In this document: one piece after another, positions 19,344-29,216 of the stretch | Layout of the letters: every line of letters starts with the position of its first letter | How positions within the stretch are numbered: position 1 is the first letter of the stretch | Source: Parachlamydiales bacterium | Lineage (GTDB): Bacteria > Chlamydiota > Chlamydiia > Chlamydiales > JAJFMK01 | Direction: 5' to 3' | DNA: 64,000 bases | Assembly (NCBI GenBank): GCA_963765145.1 | Contig: CAVXVG010000029.1 | Location: 128,001 to 192,000, forward strand | Made by a program: the position numbers and the translations under genes | Notes under the pieces: generated by a model | Database searches by the model: none | What the model was told of the DNA's origin: nothing | What the model saw: the letters and a program-made list of their open reading frames with translations, nothing else

Positions 19344-21464
19344 ATGTCCATTGATTTTAACCCATTAGCTCAAGCTGCCGTATTCCAACAATTCGGTTTA
19401 ATTGGTCCTTTGCATCGCGGGCTAGTAGATAGAGTTTCGAATCTATTTCAACCCCTCGTATTTATGGCAGAAGATGTCAAAAGAACGTTCTATCCTCCTG
19501 ATAAAACCCCATTGGACCGCACAATAGACAACTATGTCAAATCGGGCCGCATTGAAGAGGACTTTGACCAGGTAAAACCAGATCTACTGAAGGCTTTTCC
19601 TCAGGCAAAACGGTGGCAAATCGAGCAATATAAAACTATTTTTCAAACACTGTCAGACGAAAAATTAAACATTTTTTTAAACGAACTTTTTAAACAAGAA
19701 GCTGAGGGTTCGGTCGCTTTTTTAATTGACCGGATCACAAAAGTTCTCTCTTTAGAAAAAGTAGAATCTGCCATCCGTCACATCTTCCCTCTTTTTGAGG
19801 CTCGGCAAGCAGTTCTAGATATCTCTGGATTATCGGGACAAGACTTAAAACTAAAAAATACAAAGGTGCGTGATTCATTGATCGGAATCACCCTTCTCCA
19901 TTTGAAGGAGGGAATCGATCAAATGGCCGAACACATTCTCCGTACTTTTCATCTGAATAGATCTCCCCGCGACCATTATCGCGACCATCATATGGATAAA
20001 TCCTACCAACTTCAAAACAATTACTACATTCTTCAGCAAAATATGGCCCTTTTAGGAGGGTGGTTCTTAGGGTTATCTTCTCTTCTAGGAAGCAAATGGA
20101 AAGCTATTGTTGTCTCTACATTTTTAGGAACCTTTGGAGCGGCCTTCCTCGTTAGCTATGTAAAATGGTTTAAAACAGTTCCAGACGAATTTTTAGGTTA
20201 TAACAACCTAGTTTCGGATGTGATCAAAGGAAAGATTCCTCCTATTTATGGGCGAGAAGCCGAAGTTCAAGAGATCATTGACCAGCTAAAAGCCAATCAA
20301 AACAATACCCGCGTTCATCCGATTGTCTTGGGCAAAACAGGGGTCGGTAAAACAGCTTTGATCAATGCCCTTGCATGGAGATTAGCAAGAGGTGGGGACG
20401 GGCTTCCACCTAAACTCTTTTTGATCCCCGCAAGCGATTTAATTTCAAATCAACCCTATGAAAACAAGATTGAGATGATCAAAACTAGTTTAGAAGGCCA
20501 ACAACCTATCATCTTTATCGACGAATTCCATACAGCCTGCATTGAAAAGGGTCCAAATAGTGAAAAATTCAAAACCCTCTTTAACCCAGGTGGACAAGGG
20601 TTTCAATATTGTATTGCAGCGACTACCCAGTTGGAATATGAAAAGTACATCGAGCCAGACGTAGCTATGGCTCGCCGTTTTAAAATCATCGACCTTGACT
20701 CGCTTTCAGATAGTCAAACGTTCGGGGTCCTGTCTGATGCAGTGCAAGAAAATGGTGGAGGGTTAATTGTTGAACCTGAAGCTATCCGAAAACTTGCCTA
20801 TATTCGAAAGGAAGACCCCCGCTTTACAGAGGTGGTACAACCTTTCACTTCGATGTCTATCTTAGATCAGGCCTTTGCAAAAGCCCGCCCAAACTTAGAA
20901 AATTCCTCTATAGAAAGAAGCATGCTGGAAGATAAAAAAAGAGAATTGGAATGTATGCAAAAGGGTATTCCTCATCTATACACAGATGAAGGGAAAAAGA
21001 TGCTTAGCGACAAGCAGGCGATCGAGAAGCAAATTGCGGAAATTGATGAAAGGAGAGCTTTACAACAAAAAGAGCATATTGCTTTTCAGCAACTCTTACA
21101 CGCCGAGCATCACAGACGAACCACAGAGCTTTGGGCTACTATGCCCCTTTCTGACTTGATTAAGCAAAAGAAAGCGACAGACAAAGATGTGCTCTCTTTT
21201 ATTTTGTTCCATCATTATCTTGGCCATGGAATGAAAGCATTAATTGAAGAGAAAAAGCAGCTTCATCCAAATGCTTTTACTGTGAACACGCAATTAATAG
21301 ATCAGCTTCTTGCTGAACATGCAAAATCAAAAAAACACGAGGCTCAAGCATTACCCGAGACGACAGAACGTAAGAAGAACAGGATAAGCAGGATCGCGAA
21401 GCGGCAGGATCGGCTGCGCCGGCAGGATAGACTCCGTCTGGTGCTACTTTCTTTTGGTAAATAA
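19344..21464 (+). CDS. ClpA/B NBD1-like AAA+ ATPase with N-terminal extension and hydrophobic hairpin
   Basis: IYGREAEV, GKTGVGKT, IIFIDEFH, IAATT..EY, AMARRF; only one AAA domain. Confidence 0.8.
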   Translation: MSIDFNPLAQAAVFQQFGLIGPLHRGLVDRVSNLFQPLVFMAEDVKRTFYPPDKTPLDRTIDNYVKSGRIEEDFDQVKPDLLKAFPQAKRWQIEQYKTIFQTLSDEKLNIFLNELFKQEAEGSVAFLIDRITKVLSLEKVESAIRHIFPLFEARQAVLDISGLSGQDLKLKNTKVRDSLIGITLLHLKEGIDQMAEHILRTFHLNRSPRDHYRDHHMDKSYQLQNNYYILQQNMALLGGWFLGLSSLLGSKWKAIVVSTFLGTFGAAFLVSYVKWFKTVPDEFLGYNNLVSDVIKGKIPPIYGREAEVQEIIDQLKANQNNTRVHPIVLGKTGVGKTALINALAWRLARGGDGLPPKLFLIPASDLISNQPYENKIEMIKTSLEGQQPIIFIDEFHTACIEKGPNSEKFKTLFNPGGQGFQYCIAATTQLEYEKYIEPDVAMARRFKIIDLDSLSDSQTFGVLSDAVQENGGGLIVEPEAIRKLAYIRKEDPRFTEVVQPFTSMSILDQAFAKARPNLENSSIERSMLEDKKRELECMQKGIPHLYTDEGKKMLSDKQAIEKQIAEIDERRALQQKEHIAFQQLLHAEHHRRTTELWATMPLSDLIKQKKATDKDVLSFILFHHYLGHGMKALIEEKKQLHPNAFTVNTQLIDQLLAEHAKSKKHEAQALPETTERKKNRISRIAKRQDRLRRQDRLRLVLLSFGK

Positions 21465-21796
21465 CAAAAAATAGAGTGGCTTCGCCGAAAATAAAAGTTC
21501 TTAGAGAGGCGAAGCTACTTTCTTTGTTTTTCTCAACGAACAAACCGCTCATGCAAGGTGAAACTTATCCTGCCGGCGCAGCCGATCCTGCCGCCGTAGG
21601 CGATCCTGTTCATCCTGTTAAATTTATAGGAAGCTTTCCTTAAGTTAATGCAATGCATACAAGTCCATTTTGAGCTAAGCCTGATTTTTGCAAGTACCTC
21701 TTTAGTCTGAGCTCGTTTTTGCGGGTTTTAACCTGCAAGCTTCCAGCAGGACTAAAGTCCTGCAAAACGAGCTCAGGCTAAAGCCTAAGCTACAAT
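21378..21796. repeat. truncated nested repeat: F, right TIR of D and most of C
   Basis: AACAGGAT.../ATCCTGTTCATCCTGTT arms; GATTTTTGCAAGTACCTC at 21683-21700; TTTA; then C ending GCTACAAT. Confidence 0.85.
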
Positions 21797-21812
21797 GTGT
21801 AGGCGGATTCTT

Positions 21813-24671
21813 CTACCAGAAAAGCTTCACGCCGCCAAGAACGGAGTAGCTGGTTGAATTGTTCCAAACCTCGCCGCTAAATTGGCCAATAAACCGAACT
21901 GTTTCGTCGGCATAATATTCAACGGTAAGGGCGCCATCTACGCTATTGCGAGGAACACGGACCCCTTCAGTGACAAACTCTGGACCAAAGCCGTTAAAAG
22001 CCATCGTCAGGTTATTTTTTGTGGTTGTCAGCTGATATTCCCAAGCAACATCAACACTAAACGAAAAGTCTGAAAACCATTCCATGGTGGTTACATGGAG
22101 GCCTAAGCGTGAGAAAGCAGAAGCCCTGTCTTTCTTCGATACTAATAGGCTCAAACCTTCTGCATTTTCTTCAGCAACGCTGTTTCTGCAAGAAGTGAAC
22201 CCTTCAATACCCACAAAAGGCTGTATCAAAATGTCACAAAGGGGCAAATCGACCCCTGCTTCAGCATAGGCGCTCCACTGTGTCAATTCTGGACGGCTGA
22301 CCGCATCAAAGGTCACCTCGCCTGCTCTTCCCTTTCTAAAAAGATGGTTTTGGGTGTATCCATAGGCCAAGTTACCTAAGGCATAAAAGTATTCGGGGCG
22401 GTACAGGGCGTAAAAGCCTGCATAACCACCCGTCAAGTCTCCGTGCCCACCGATGTTGTAGTTCAGTGTATCTGCAACATAAGAACCGGCAAAGCCCAAA
22501 ATCCAATCTTGGTTCATGTGGCTTTGGAAACCGAAAGTCACATCATAGCCTGAGAGGGTAAACCCAAAGCCGTTTCCGTCATTTCTTAAACTTTGACGGT
22601 CAAAACTTACTTCGCCCCATGTATCAATCCCTGAATAGCACTCCATTGCATACTGGTTACATGGCAATGTTGTGACCATGTCTCGTAACGGATCAAACAT
22701 CCTTCTTAGAAAGTTTCTGGTTAACAACGCGGTCGCATATAGATCTGCAGTGTGTTGGTTTCCAGAAAGTTCGTCCAACACTTCAATTGCTTGTGGAGTT
22801 GGAAGCAACGCAAGAGCCCCCAGAAAGCTATCTGCAAAAGGAGGTAAAGAATCCGATCTGTCTAAAACAGCAGCCACCGCTTTTTCATTAGGCGATATAG
22901 CAACAAGGCTAAACGTTGGGTTAAATTCTAAAAAGACTGAATTACCTACATAACTTATCAACGAATTTGCTAGGAGTGGGTTTACTCTTGCAATATTTAC
23001 GCTATTGAATGTCCCGTCTAAAGTTCCGGCATTTAAAATAGGGTATACTGTTGTAAAACTAATGCTGGGACCTATAGGCAACACTTGTAGATCAGCGCCA
23101 GAGATGGCAGCAGTTCCTGAAACATTCAACAGCGAACTTGTTGTGCCGCTAATTTGAGTGATAAGCGAACTACCAGGCTGGAATGTCACATCTCCTGTTA
23201 TATTGAGTGTGCCAATGCTGTTGCCTGGTTGAATAGAGCCTCCGGCTGCAACCACCGTACTAGAACCATTCAGCGTCCCTGCCCCTTGCAGTTGACCTTG
23301 GATTAAGTTGGTGTTGGTGTTGCTTCCGAAAAGGCCATTGATGGCTAAAACACCCGCCTGTACTTGTAACGACCCTTGAAAATCGGGAGAATTGCCTATC
23401 AAATTTAAAAGACCGGTTCCCGATTTAACAAAATTAACCCCGCTTCCCTCTATAGGACCTGCAAAGATAGAGTTGAAATTTTGGTTAACTTGCAAGTTAT
23501 CTAGAAGCATAATCGAGGCCGGAAAGGCATTATTTATACTGACTAAACCGGCGATTGTTTGTGGAGCTGCAACCGTTAGCTTCGTGCCATTGTCGTTTTG
23601 TGGATTAAACACAATAACCGAGTTAGGGCTTAATGAACCCGAAACATTTGTCCCTATCAATTCCCCTGTAAGTAACGTAGTTAAGCCTGAATAGGTATTA
23701 GGCTCAGTCAAAATGAAATCGCCGCCTTTACATGTCGACAAAGTCAAACCCCCGGCTCCAGAGATGGACCCGGCAAAAGTACCGCAGGAGGTTATTGTAA
23801 GAGTGGTTGTAGGCAACTCTCCCAAATTGATCATCCCAGATCCGCCAACCTCGACTGAAGTGATGCTGACATCATTCATGTTCAACTGGCCGTCTACGTT
23901 AAGCAAAGCTAATGGGTTAATAGTTGCTTTCTCTAAATTGAGGGCACCTGCGACTTGAACCTGCCCTCCAGATAATGAACCTGAAAACGTCAAAGTGTTG
24001 TTAGGTTGAATGAAGAGTGCAGAGTCTACCGGAAGGGTAATAGAACCTGCATAGGTATCTGCAACAGTCGCCGAATCTCCAAGCAGCAGGGTGCTAGTAG
24101 CGCCTAGAACAACAGATGAAAGCGCTGTACCAGACAACGATTCAATCGTTACATCTGCAGTAGGCCCAATCTGCAGAAGCGAATTATCGTTTAAAACAAC
24201 GTTTGCTCCAGTCGAAGTAGAGGTGCCTTGAAAAGTTAATGTAGAAGGGCTTCCATTGGCACCTGTCAAATGATATTGAACCGGTCCTGTAGAAGCTGTA
24301 TTTGCTGGAAAAGTTAAACTAGCGCCGGGAGCACCTGCCTCACCTACATTAAAAAATTGCACAGGAGTTGAACTGTTAGTAACACCAGGAGCACCTGCGA
24401 AAGACAAAGCGCTTCCCGGAGTAAGAGTGAAAATGTAGCTTGTCGTGTTTGCAACAGGAAAATCGATCGATCCTAAAGTCAAACTTCCGCTAAGGGATGG
24501 ATTTAACCCGGTATCAAGAAACTCGCCGGCCGAACCCACTGTGTTAGGAACCACTCCCCCTAACCAGTTTGTTCCGAGAGTTAAATCTGAGGTTGTACCT
24601 ATCCAGGGAGTATCTCCCGCTATGTTTACAAATGATCCAAGACATGCAACAATTATGATATTTTTTAACAT
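21813..24671 (-). CDS. autotransporter (type Va) with beta-strand-repeat passenger domain
   Basis: Signal peptide, G/S/T-rich passenger with NTYSGLT and KSGTGLL repeats, PGNSIGTL, C-terminal beta-barrel ending in FW. Confidence 0.9.
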   Translation of the reverse strand: MLKNIIIVACLGSFVNIAGDTPWIGTTSDLTLGTNWLGGVVPNTVGSAGEFLDTGLNPSLSGSLTLGSIDFPVANTTSYIFTLTPGSALSFAGAPGVTNSSTPVQFFNVGEAGAPGASLTFPANTASTGPVQYHLTGANGSPSTLTFQGTSTSTGANVVLNDNSLLQIGPTADVTIESLSGTALSSVVLGATSTLLLGDSATVADTYAGSITLPVDSALFIQPNNTLTFSGSLSGGQVQVAGALNLEKATINPLALLNVDGQLNMNDVSITSVEVGGSGMINLGELPTTTLTITSCGTFAGSISGAGGLTLSTCKGGDFILTEPNTYSGLTTLLTGELIGTNVSGSLSPNSVIVFNPQNDNGTKLTVAAPQTIAGLVSINNAFPASIMLLDNLQVNQNFNSIFAGPIEGSGVNFVKSGTGLLNLIGNSPDFQGSLQVQAGVLAINGLFGSNTNTNLIQGQLQGAGTLNGSSTVVAAGGSIQPGNSIGTLNITGDVTFQPGSSLITQISGTTSSLLNVSGTAAISGADLQVLPIGPSISFTTVYPILNAGTLDGTFNSVNIARVNPLLANSLISYVGNSVFLEFNPTFSLVAISPNEKAVAAVLDRSDSLPPFADSFLGALALLPTPQAIEVLDELSGNQHTADLYATALLTRNFLRRMFDPLRDMVTTLPCNQYAMECYSGIDTWGEVSFDRQSLRNDGNGFGFTLSGYDVTFGFQSHMNQDWILGFAGSYVADTLNYNIGGHGDLTGGYAGFYALYRPEYFYALGNLAYGYTQNHLFRKGRAGEVTFDAVSRPELTQWSAYAEAGVDLPLCDILIQPFVGIEGFTSCRNSVAEENAEGLSLLVSKKDRASAFSRLGLHVTTMEWFSDFSFSVDVAWEYQLTTTKNNLTMAFNGFGPEFVTEGVRVPRNSVDGALTVEYYADETVRFIGQFSGEVWNNSTSYSVLGGVKLFW

Positions 24672-24751
24672 TTTTCACCTTTTCAACCATCTTTGATAAA
24701 CTTTTCCCACTCTTAAAGCAAGGAAAAGTAAGAGAAGAACGACAGCTGCCG

Positions 24752-25132
24752 ATGAAACTTTTTTTAATCTCACTTTTATTATTGAATCTTCCCATGGTTA
24801 TTGACGGAAAAGAACTTGCAAAAAAACACTGCGTCCCCTGCCAGGGAGGAATCCCTGCTTTGAAAGGCGATGAACTCGTTGCTTTAGAAAAAAGTCTCGG
24901 GTCTGGCTGGAAAGTAGTGGATGAACACCATTTAGAAAAGGAATATGTCTTTAAAAACTTTAGAAAGGCTCTTGAATTTACAAACAAAGTAGGCGAGCTG
25001 GCAGAAGCTGAGGGGCATCACCCTGACATCTATTTAGCTTGGGGCAAAGTCAGGCTCACAGTGTGGACCCACAAAGTAAATGGACTGACAGAAAGTGATT
25101 TCATCTTAGCCGCAAAGTGCAATCAACTGTAA
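24752..25132 (+). CDS. phhB: pterin-4-alpha-carbinolamine dehydratase
   Basis: CVPC, AEAEGHHPD, WTHKVNGLTESDFILAAK. Confidence 0.9.
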   Translation: MKLFLISLLLLNLPMVIDGKELAKKHCVPCQGGIPALKGDELVALEKSLGSGWKVVDEHHLEKEYVFKNFRKALEFTNKVGELAEAEGHHPDIYLAWGKVRLTVWTHKVNGLTESDFILAAKCNQL

Positions 25133-25380
25133 AATCAAAAATGGAATTTTGCTTTTTCTAACGCGTGAGCGTTTGGAGTGCTAAACTCCTGTTTAGCTTT
25201 CACTCTCACTAACAAGTGAAAGCTAAACAGGAGTTTAGCACATACTGTAATTGCGCTTCAGAGCTTAGCCGGTAAGAAAATGGGCTGTTCTAGGAGGGTT
25301 TTAAAAACCCCACGGAGTAGTACTAGACTCTCCAGGCTTTGGCTTGGTAGCCTAAGCAAGCAATACAGGAGAACAGCCCA

Positions 25381-26481
25381 ATGAAACATTATATCGGTTT
25401 AGACGTATCTTTGAAAACTACTGCCATCTGCATCATGGCTCAAGATGGTAAGATCATCCGAGAGATGACAGCCGCTACTGACCCTTTAGCTATCGCAACT
25501 GCGATCAAGACGACCAAGCTCACTATTGAAGCTATAGCAATTGAAGCTGGTGGAACAAGCCGATGGCTTGTTCAAGAACTTCAAGAGCTTGACCTTCCAG
25601 CGATATGTATCGACTCTCGCAAAATGGCTGCCGCCATCGCAATCAAAGCCAATAAAACAGACAAAAACGATGCGAGGGAAATCGCAAACGCCCTTCGGAC
25701 TGGCTACTTTCAAGAGGTCTATCAAAAAAACGATACAAATATGAGCATCAAAAGTCTCGTAAACATCCGACGCAATCTGGTGATACAAAGAACCATGACG
25801 AGTAACTGTATCCGCGGTACTTTGAGATGTTGTGGAAAGCTTTTTTTAGGGTCTAGTAGTAGTCAAAAGAACTTCATAGAGAAGGTAACAGAGTCGATAC
25901 AAGATCAACCTGAAGAGGTCGCAATGGGCATTCGTGCACTTTTAGTAACCTTTTCTCAACTTCACAAACTAGTAGATGAAATAGACAAGAAGATCGAAGA
26001 CATAGGAAAGAATGACGAAGTCGTTCAGCTGCTAATGACAGTTCCTGGTGTAGGGATCGTAACTGCAGTGAGCTATAAGGTTGAAATTGGAGACCCAAAA
26101 AGATTCACACGATCGAGGTCAGTTGGAGCATATGTTGGGATGACTCCAAGGCAGTATAGTTCAGGTGAAACCGAGCATCAGGGGAAAATAACAAAGATTG
26201 GATCAAATGAACTCAGAGCGCTGCTATCTGATGCCGCCATGAGCATGATGTATCGATGCAAAACATGGAGTAGAGCCAAAGTTTTTGGGCTAAAGATCAA
26301 TAAGAAGCATGGGCATAAAAAAGCTATAGTTGCCCTTGGTCGGAAGCTTGGTGTGATAATGCATCGAATGTGGACAGAAGGTAAACCATTTGAAGCTGGT
26401 GAAGTCGAGAAAAAAGAAATTGATAAAGTAACCAAGCCAAGTCGGAAAGAGAAGAAAAAATCAAAGCAGATGGCTGCTTAA
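25381..26481 (+). CDS. IS110-family DEDD recombinase/transposase
   Basis: GLDVS, IEAG, KTDKND, VPGVG, GMTPRQYSSGE (catalytic Ser), ALGRKL. Confidence 0.96.
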   Translation: MKHYIGLDVSLKTTAICIMAQDGKIIREMTAATDPLAIATAIKTTKLTIEAIAIEAGGTSRWLVQELQELDLPAICIDSRKMAAAIAIKANKTDKNDAREIANALRTGYFQEVYQKNDTNMSIKSLVNIRRNLVIQRTMTSNCIRGTLRCCGKLFLGSSSSQKNFIEKVTESIQDQPEEVAMGIRALLVTFSQLHKLVDEIDKKIEDIGKNDEVVQLLMTVPGVGIVTAVSYKVEIGDPKRFTRSRSVGAYVGMTPRQYSSGETEHQGKITKIGSNELRALLSDAAMSMMYRCKTWSRAKVFGLKINKKHGHKKAIVALGRKLGVIMHRMWTEGKPFEAGEVEKKEIDKVTKPSRKEKKKSKQMAA

Positions 26482-26556
26482 GAAAAGTTAAAAAAGTTCT
26501 CAAAGAGCGAAAGAGCAGAGAGAGTAAGAAAAAAGATTCAAATACGAGTTCGAAAT

Positions 26557-26706
26557 AAGGTTAAGACGCTTTGGAGTTGACGCTAATAAGACGTCGTGTA
26601 GCACATTGTCTTACCTTGTTTCTTTTGGAAAGTATGTTGGGGCTGAAGATCAGCTAATAAGGCCGAAATCTTCAATAAAAAGGACCCCGGAGAGAACTAT
26701 GACCGA
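26557..26706 (+). ncRNA. predicted bridge/seek RNA (target- and donor-binding loops)
   Basis: Target guides TTTGGAGT (26570-77) and GTGTAGCAC (26596-604) inside stem AAGG(T)TAAGAC/GTCTTACCTT; donor guides AGTATGT (26631-37) and AGAGAAC (26691-97); transcript ends unknown. Confidence 0.85.
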
Positions 26707-26872
26707 GTTAGAATTTTATTTTTTACGATCAAGCTTTGGAAGCCCATAGAGGAAGTTGTCAATTATCTTGGGGGAAGTATCCCCCAAACCCCCTCGGCTT
26801 AGGAAGGGGAAAGAGAAAAAATCATGCTTGCCTAGAAACGCAATTAGAGAACTCCAAACGCTTCGCGGACTT

Positions 26873-27521
26873 CTATTTTTTGAGGTCGACGGAGGGATCT
26901 GGAGTAAATCTTAAATAGGGGCGCAGTTCACGATAGCCTTTTGGAAAAAGAGCCTTTGGGTCTGAAACGCTTGGCAAAATAATGCACTCCTCCCCTTTTT
27001 TCCAATTCACCGGAGTTGCCACTTTGTATTGATCTGTCAGCTGCAATGAATCGATGACACGAAGAAGTTCTTGAAAGTTTCGGCCAGTTGAGGCCGGGTA
27101 GGTCAATGTCATCCTGACTTTTTTGTCCGGATCTAGAATAAAAACAGTACGTACTGTTTTGGTATCGGAGGCAGAAGGGTGGATCATTCCATACAGTGTC
27201 GCTATTTTCTTTTCCGGGTCTGCGATAATCGGAAAATTGACCTGAGCGTTTTGAGTCTCATTGATATCGGCAATCCACTTCTCATGAGACTTTAAATCGT
27301 TCACACTAAGTCCAATGATCTTAACGTTTCGTTCTTGGAACTGGGGTTTTCATTTTAGAAGCGACGCCAAGTTCTGTCGTACAAACAGGAGTAAAATCGC
27401 TTGGGTGAGAAAAAAACAGACACCATGATCCGTTCAACCATTCATGAAAGTTAATAGGGCCTAAAGTTGTTTCGGCCTGAAAATCGGGTGCAATATCGCC
27501 AAGTAACATAATTCCCTTCAT
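26873..27521 (-). CDS. 1-Cys peroxiredoxin (Prx6), split by one +1 frameshift near 27347-27350
   Basis: [16 protein letters not shown] in the 5' part; YPASTGRNF and ATPVNW in the 3' part. Confidence 0.88.
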
Positions 27522-27590
27522 AGCCCCTTTTTCAATTTTCTGTAAATTTTAATTCGCATAAGAGAATATCCGGATTTTAAGCGTGATCTG

Positions 27591-29216
27591 ATGAAAAAAC
27601 ACCTTCTTATTTTATTGTACTCTTCCTGCCTGTGCGCAGCAGGGGGCTTTTACTACGAAATACCCTCTAACTTTGGATTACAGTTTGGCAAAGGGATGGT
27701 CCACCATCCGGTTAGCACAAACAATCAAGAAGCTCAAACTTACTTCGATCAAGGCTTTAGTTATTTGTATGCCTTCAACCATGACGCAGCCTACTGGTCA
27801 TTTAAAAAAGCGTCCGAACTAGACCCCAACCTTGCCATGGCCTACTGGGGCATGGGCTATGCCATCGGCCCAAATATCAACACCGAAATAGACATTGCAC
27901 AAGAGAAACGGGCCTATGATTTTGCCCAGCAAGCTATGAAGTTATCTTCAAATGCTTCAGCCAACGAAAAAGCTTATATCGAAGCCCTTTCCAAGCGGTA
28001 TTCAAATCTAGATCAACCTCGTAATGCCCAACTGAACATCGATTACAAAAATGGGATGAAAAAGGTCGTGGAACAATTTCCTGACGATTTAGATGCAGCC
28101 ACTTTGTATGCCGAAAGTATTCTCGATACCTCTCCTTGGAACCAATGGGATGAAAATAAAAATCCCCGAGAAGGGACGATGGAAGCCGTCACTACATTGC
28201 AATCTGTATTAAAAAGAGACCCGCTTCATCTAGGGGCCAACCATTTCTATATCCATTCCGTAGAGGCTTCTAATCACCCGGAGTGGGCCCTCCCCTCTGC
28301 AGAAAGATTAACGACACTAGCTCCTGAGGCTGGCCATCTACTCCACATGCCCTCTCATATTTTTAATCCTATCGGTGATCAGCACGCAACCGTACTGACA
28401 AATCTTAATGCGTTACAGGCAGATCGGCAATACATGGCTCAATTTGGTCAGTATGGAGATTACTCCAACCATTACTACACCCATGTCCTCTATTTTTTAG
28501 CCACAGCACAAGCCCTAGAAGGGAATTATAAAGACGCCATCGCCTCCTCAGAGCTTCTTTCTAATTATGTGACTCCTCTTTTCGACCACATGCCTAACCA
28601 TGAGTTTGCTATTGCAGCTCCCTTCTTAACCGATTTGAAGTTTCACAATTGGCAAAGTATTTTACAGCGGCCACTCCCTCCCCCTCAATTTGTTCAGACC
28701 CTTACCATTGCTCATTTTGCAAAGGCCATGGCTAATGCTTCTTTAAGTTATCCAGAACAGGCAAAAGAAGAGCAAAAATTATTCCTTGAAAGCAACAGCA
28801 AGATAGGTCAAGAGGCCATGTGGGGGTATAATCCTGCAAGCCGAGTCATGGAGTTGGCCGATTTGACTTTAAAAGCAACCATGGCAGAGCAAGACAAGCA
28901 ACCAAAACTTGCCATTTCTTATTTAGAAGAGGCGGAGAAAGGGTATAAAAAGCTGAATTACAACGAGCCGGAAGATTGGTTTCTTCCCATTTTCACACAG
29001 AAAGGGGGAATCTATTTAAGAAATGGACAATATCCCGAAGCAGAACTTGCATTTAGAGAAGAGCTAAACCTCCACCCAAGAAATGCAAGAGCCCTTTTTG
29101 GGTTAATGACCTCCTTAAAACAACAAAATAAACTGTGGGATGCTTTCTGGGCAGAAACCGGTTTTAAAAAATCCTGGCAATATAGCACTGTCCCCCTCAA
29201 TGTGAGTGACCTTTGA
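27591..29216 (+). CDS. secreted TPR-repeat protein
   Basis: AQTYFDQG..YAFNHD, HLGANHFYIH, GHLLHMPSHI, YNEP motifs. Confidence 0.82.
   Translation: MKKHLLILLYSSCLCAAGGFYYEIPSNFGLQFGKGMVHHPVSTNNQEAQTYFDQGFSYLYAFNHDAAYWSFKKASELDPNLAMAYWGMGYAIGPNINTEIDIAQEKRAYDFAQQAMKLSSNASANEKAYIEALSKRYSNLDQPRNAQLNIDYKNGMKKVVEQFPDDLDAATLYAESILDTSPWNQWDENKNPREGTMEAVTTLQSVLKRDPLHLGANHFYIHSVEASNHPEWALPSAERLTTLAPEAGHLLHMPSHIFNPIGDQHATVLTNLNALQADRQYMAQFGQYGDYSNHYYTHVLYFLATAQALEGNYKDAIASSELLSNYVTPLFDHMPNHEFAIAAPFLTDLKFHNWQSILQRPLPPPQFVQTLTIAHFAKAMANASLSYPEQAKEEQKLFLESNSKIGQEAMWGYNPASRVMELADLTLKATMAEQDKQPKLAISYLEEAEKGYKKLNYNEPEDWFLPIFTQKGGIYLRNGQYPEAELAFREELNLHPRNARALFGLMTSLKQQNKLWDAFWAETGFKKSWQYSTVPLNVSDL

Larger units (their letters stand above)
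25242..26850 (+). mobile_element. IS110-family insertion sequence, IS1111 group
   Basis: Core AC at both junctions (25240-41, 26851-52); sub-terminal IRs TAATTGCGCTTC (25248-59) and GAAACGCAATTA (26835-46); long 3' non-coding end. Confidence 0.93.
25162..26867. repeat. repeat family A copy split by the IS110 element
   Basis: Left part 25162-25241 ends GTTTAGCAC; right part 26851-26867 is ACTCCAAACGCTTCGCG. Confidence 0.9.

Noticed and set aside
24752..24810. Signal peptide on PhhB implying secretion
   Set aside because: An internal Met (MVIDGKELAKKHC) gives a normal-length protein, so the start choice is ambiguous
26769..26795. Hairpin TTGGGGGAAGTATCCCCCAA as an additional bridge-RNA guide module
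   Set aside because: It has no complementarity to target or donor; probably a separate hairpin or terminator-like element
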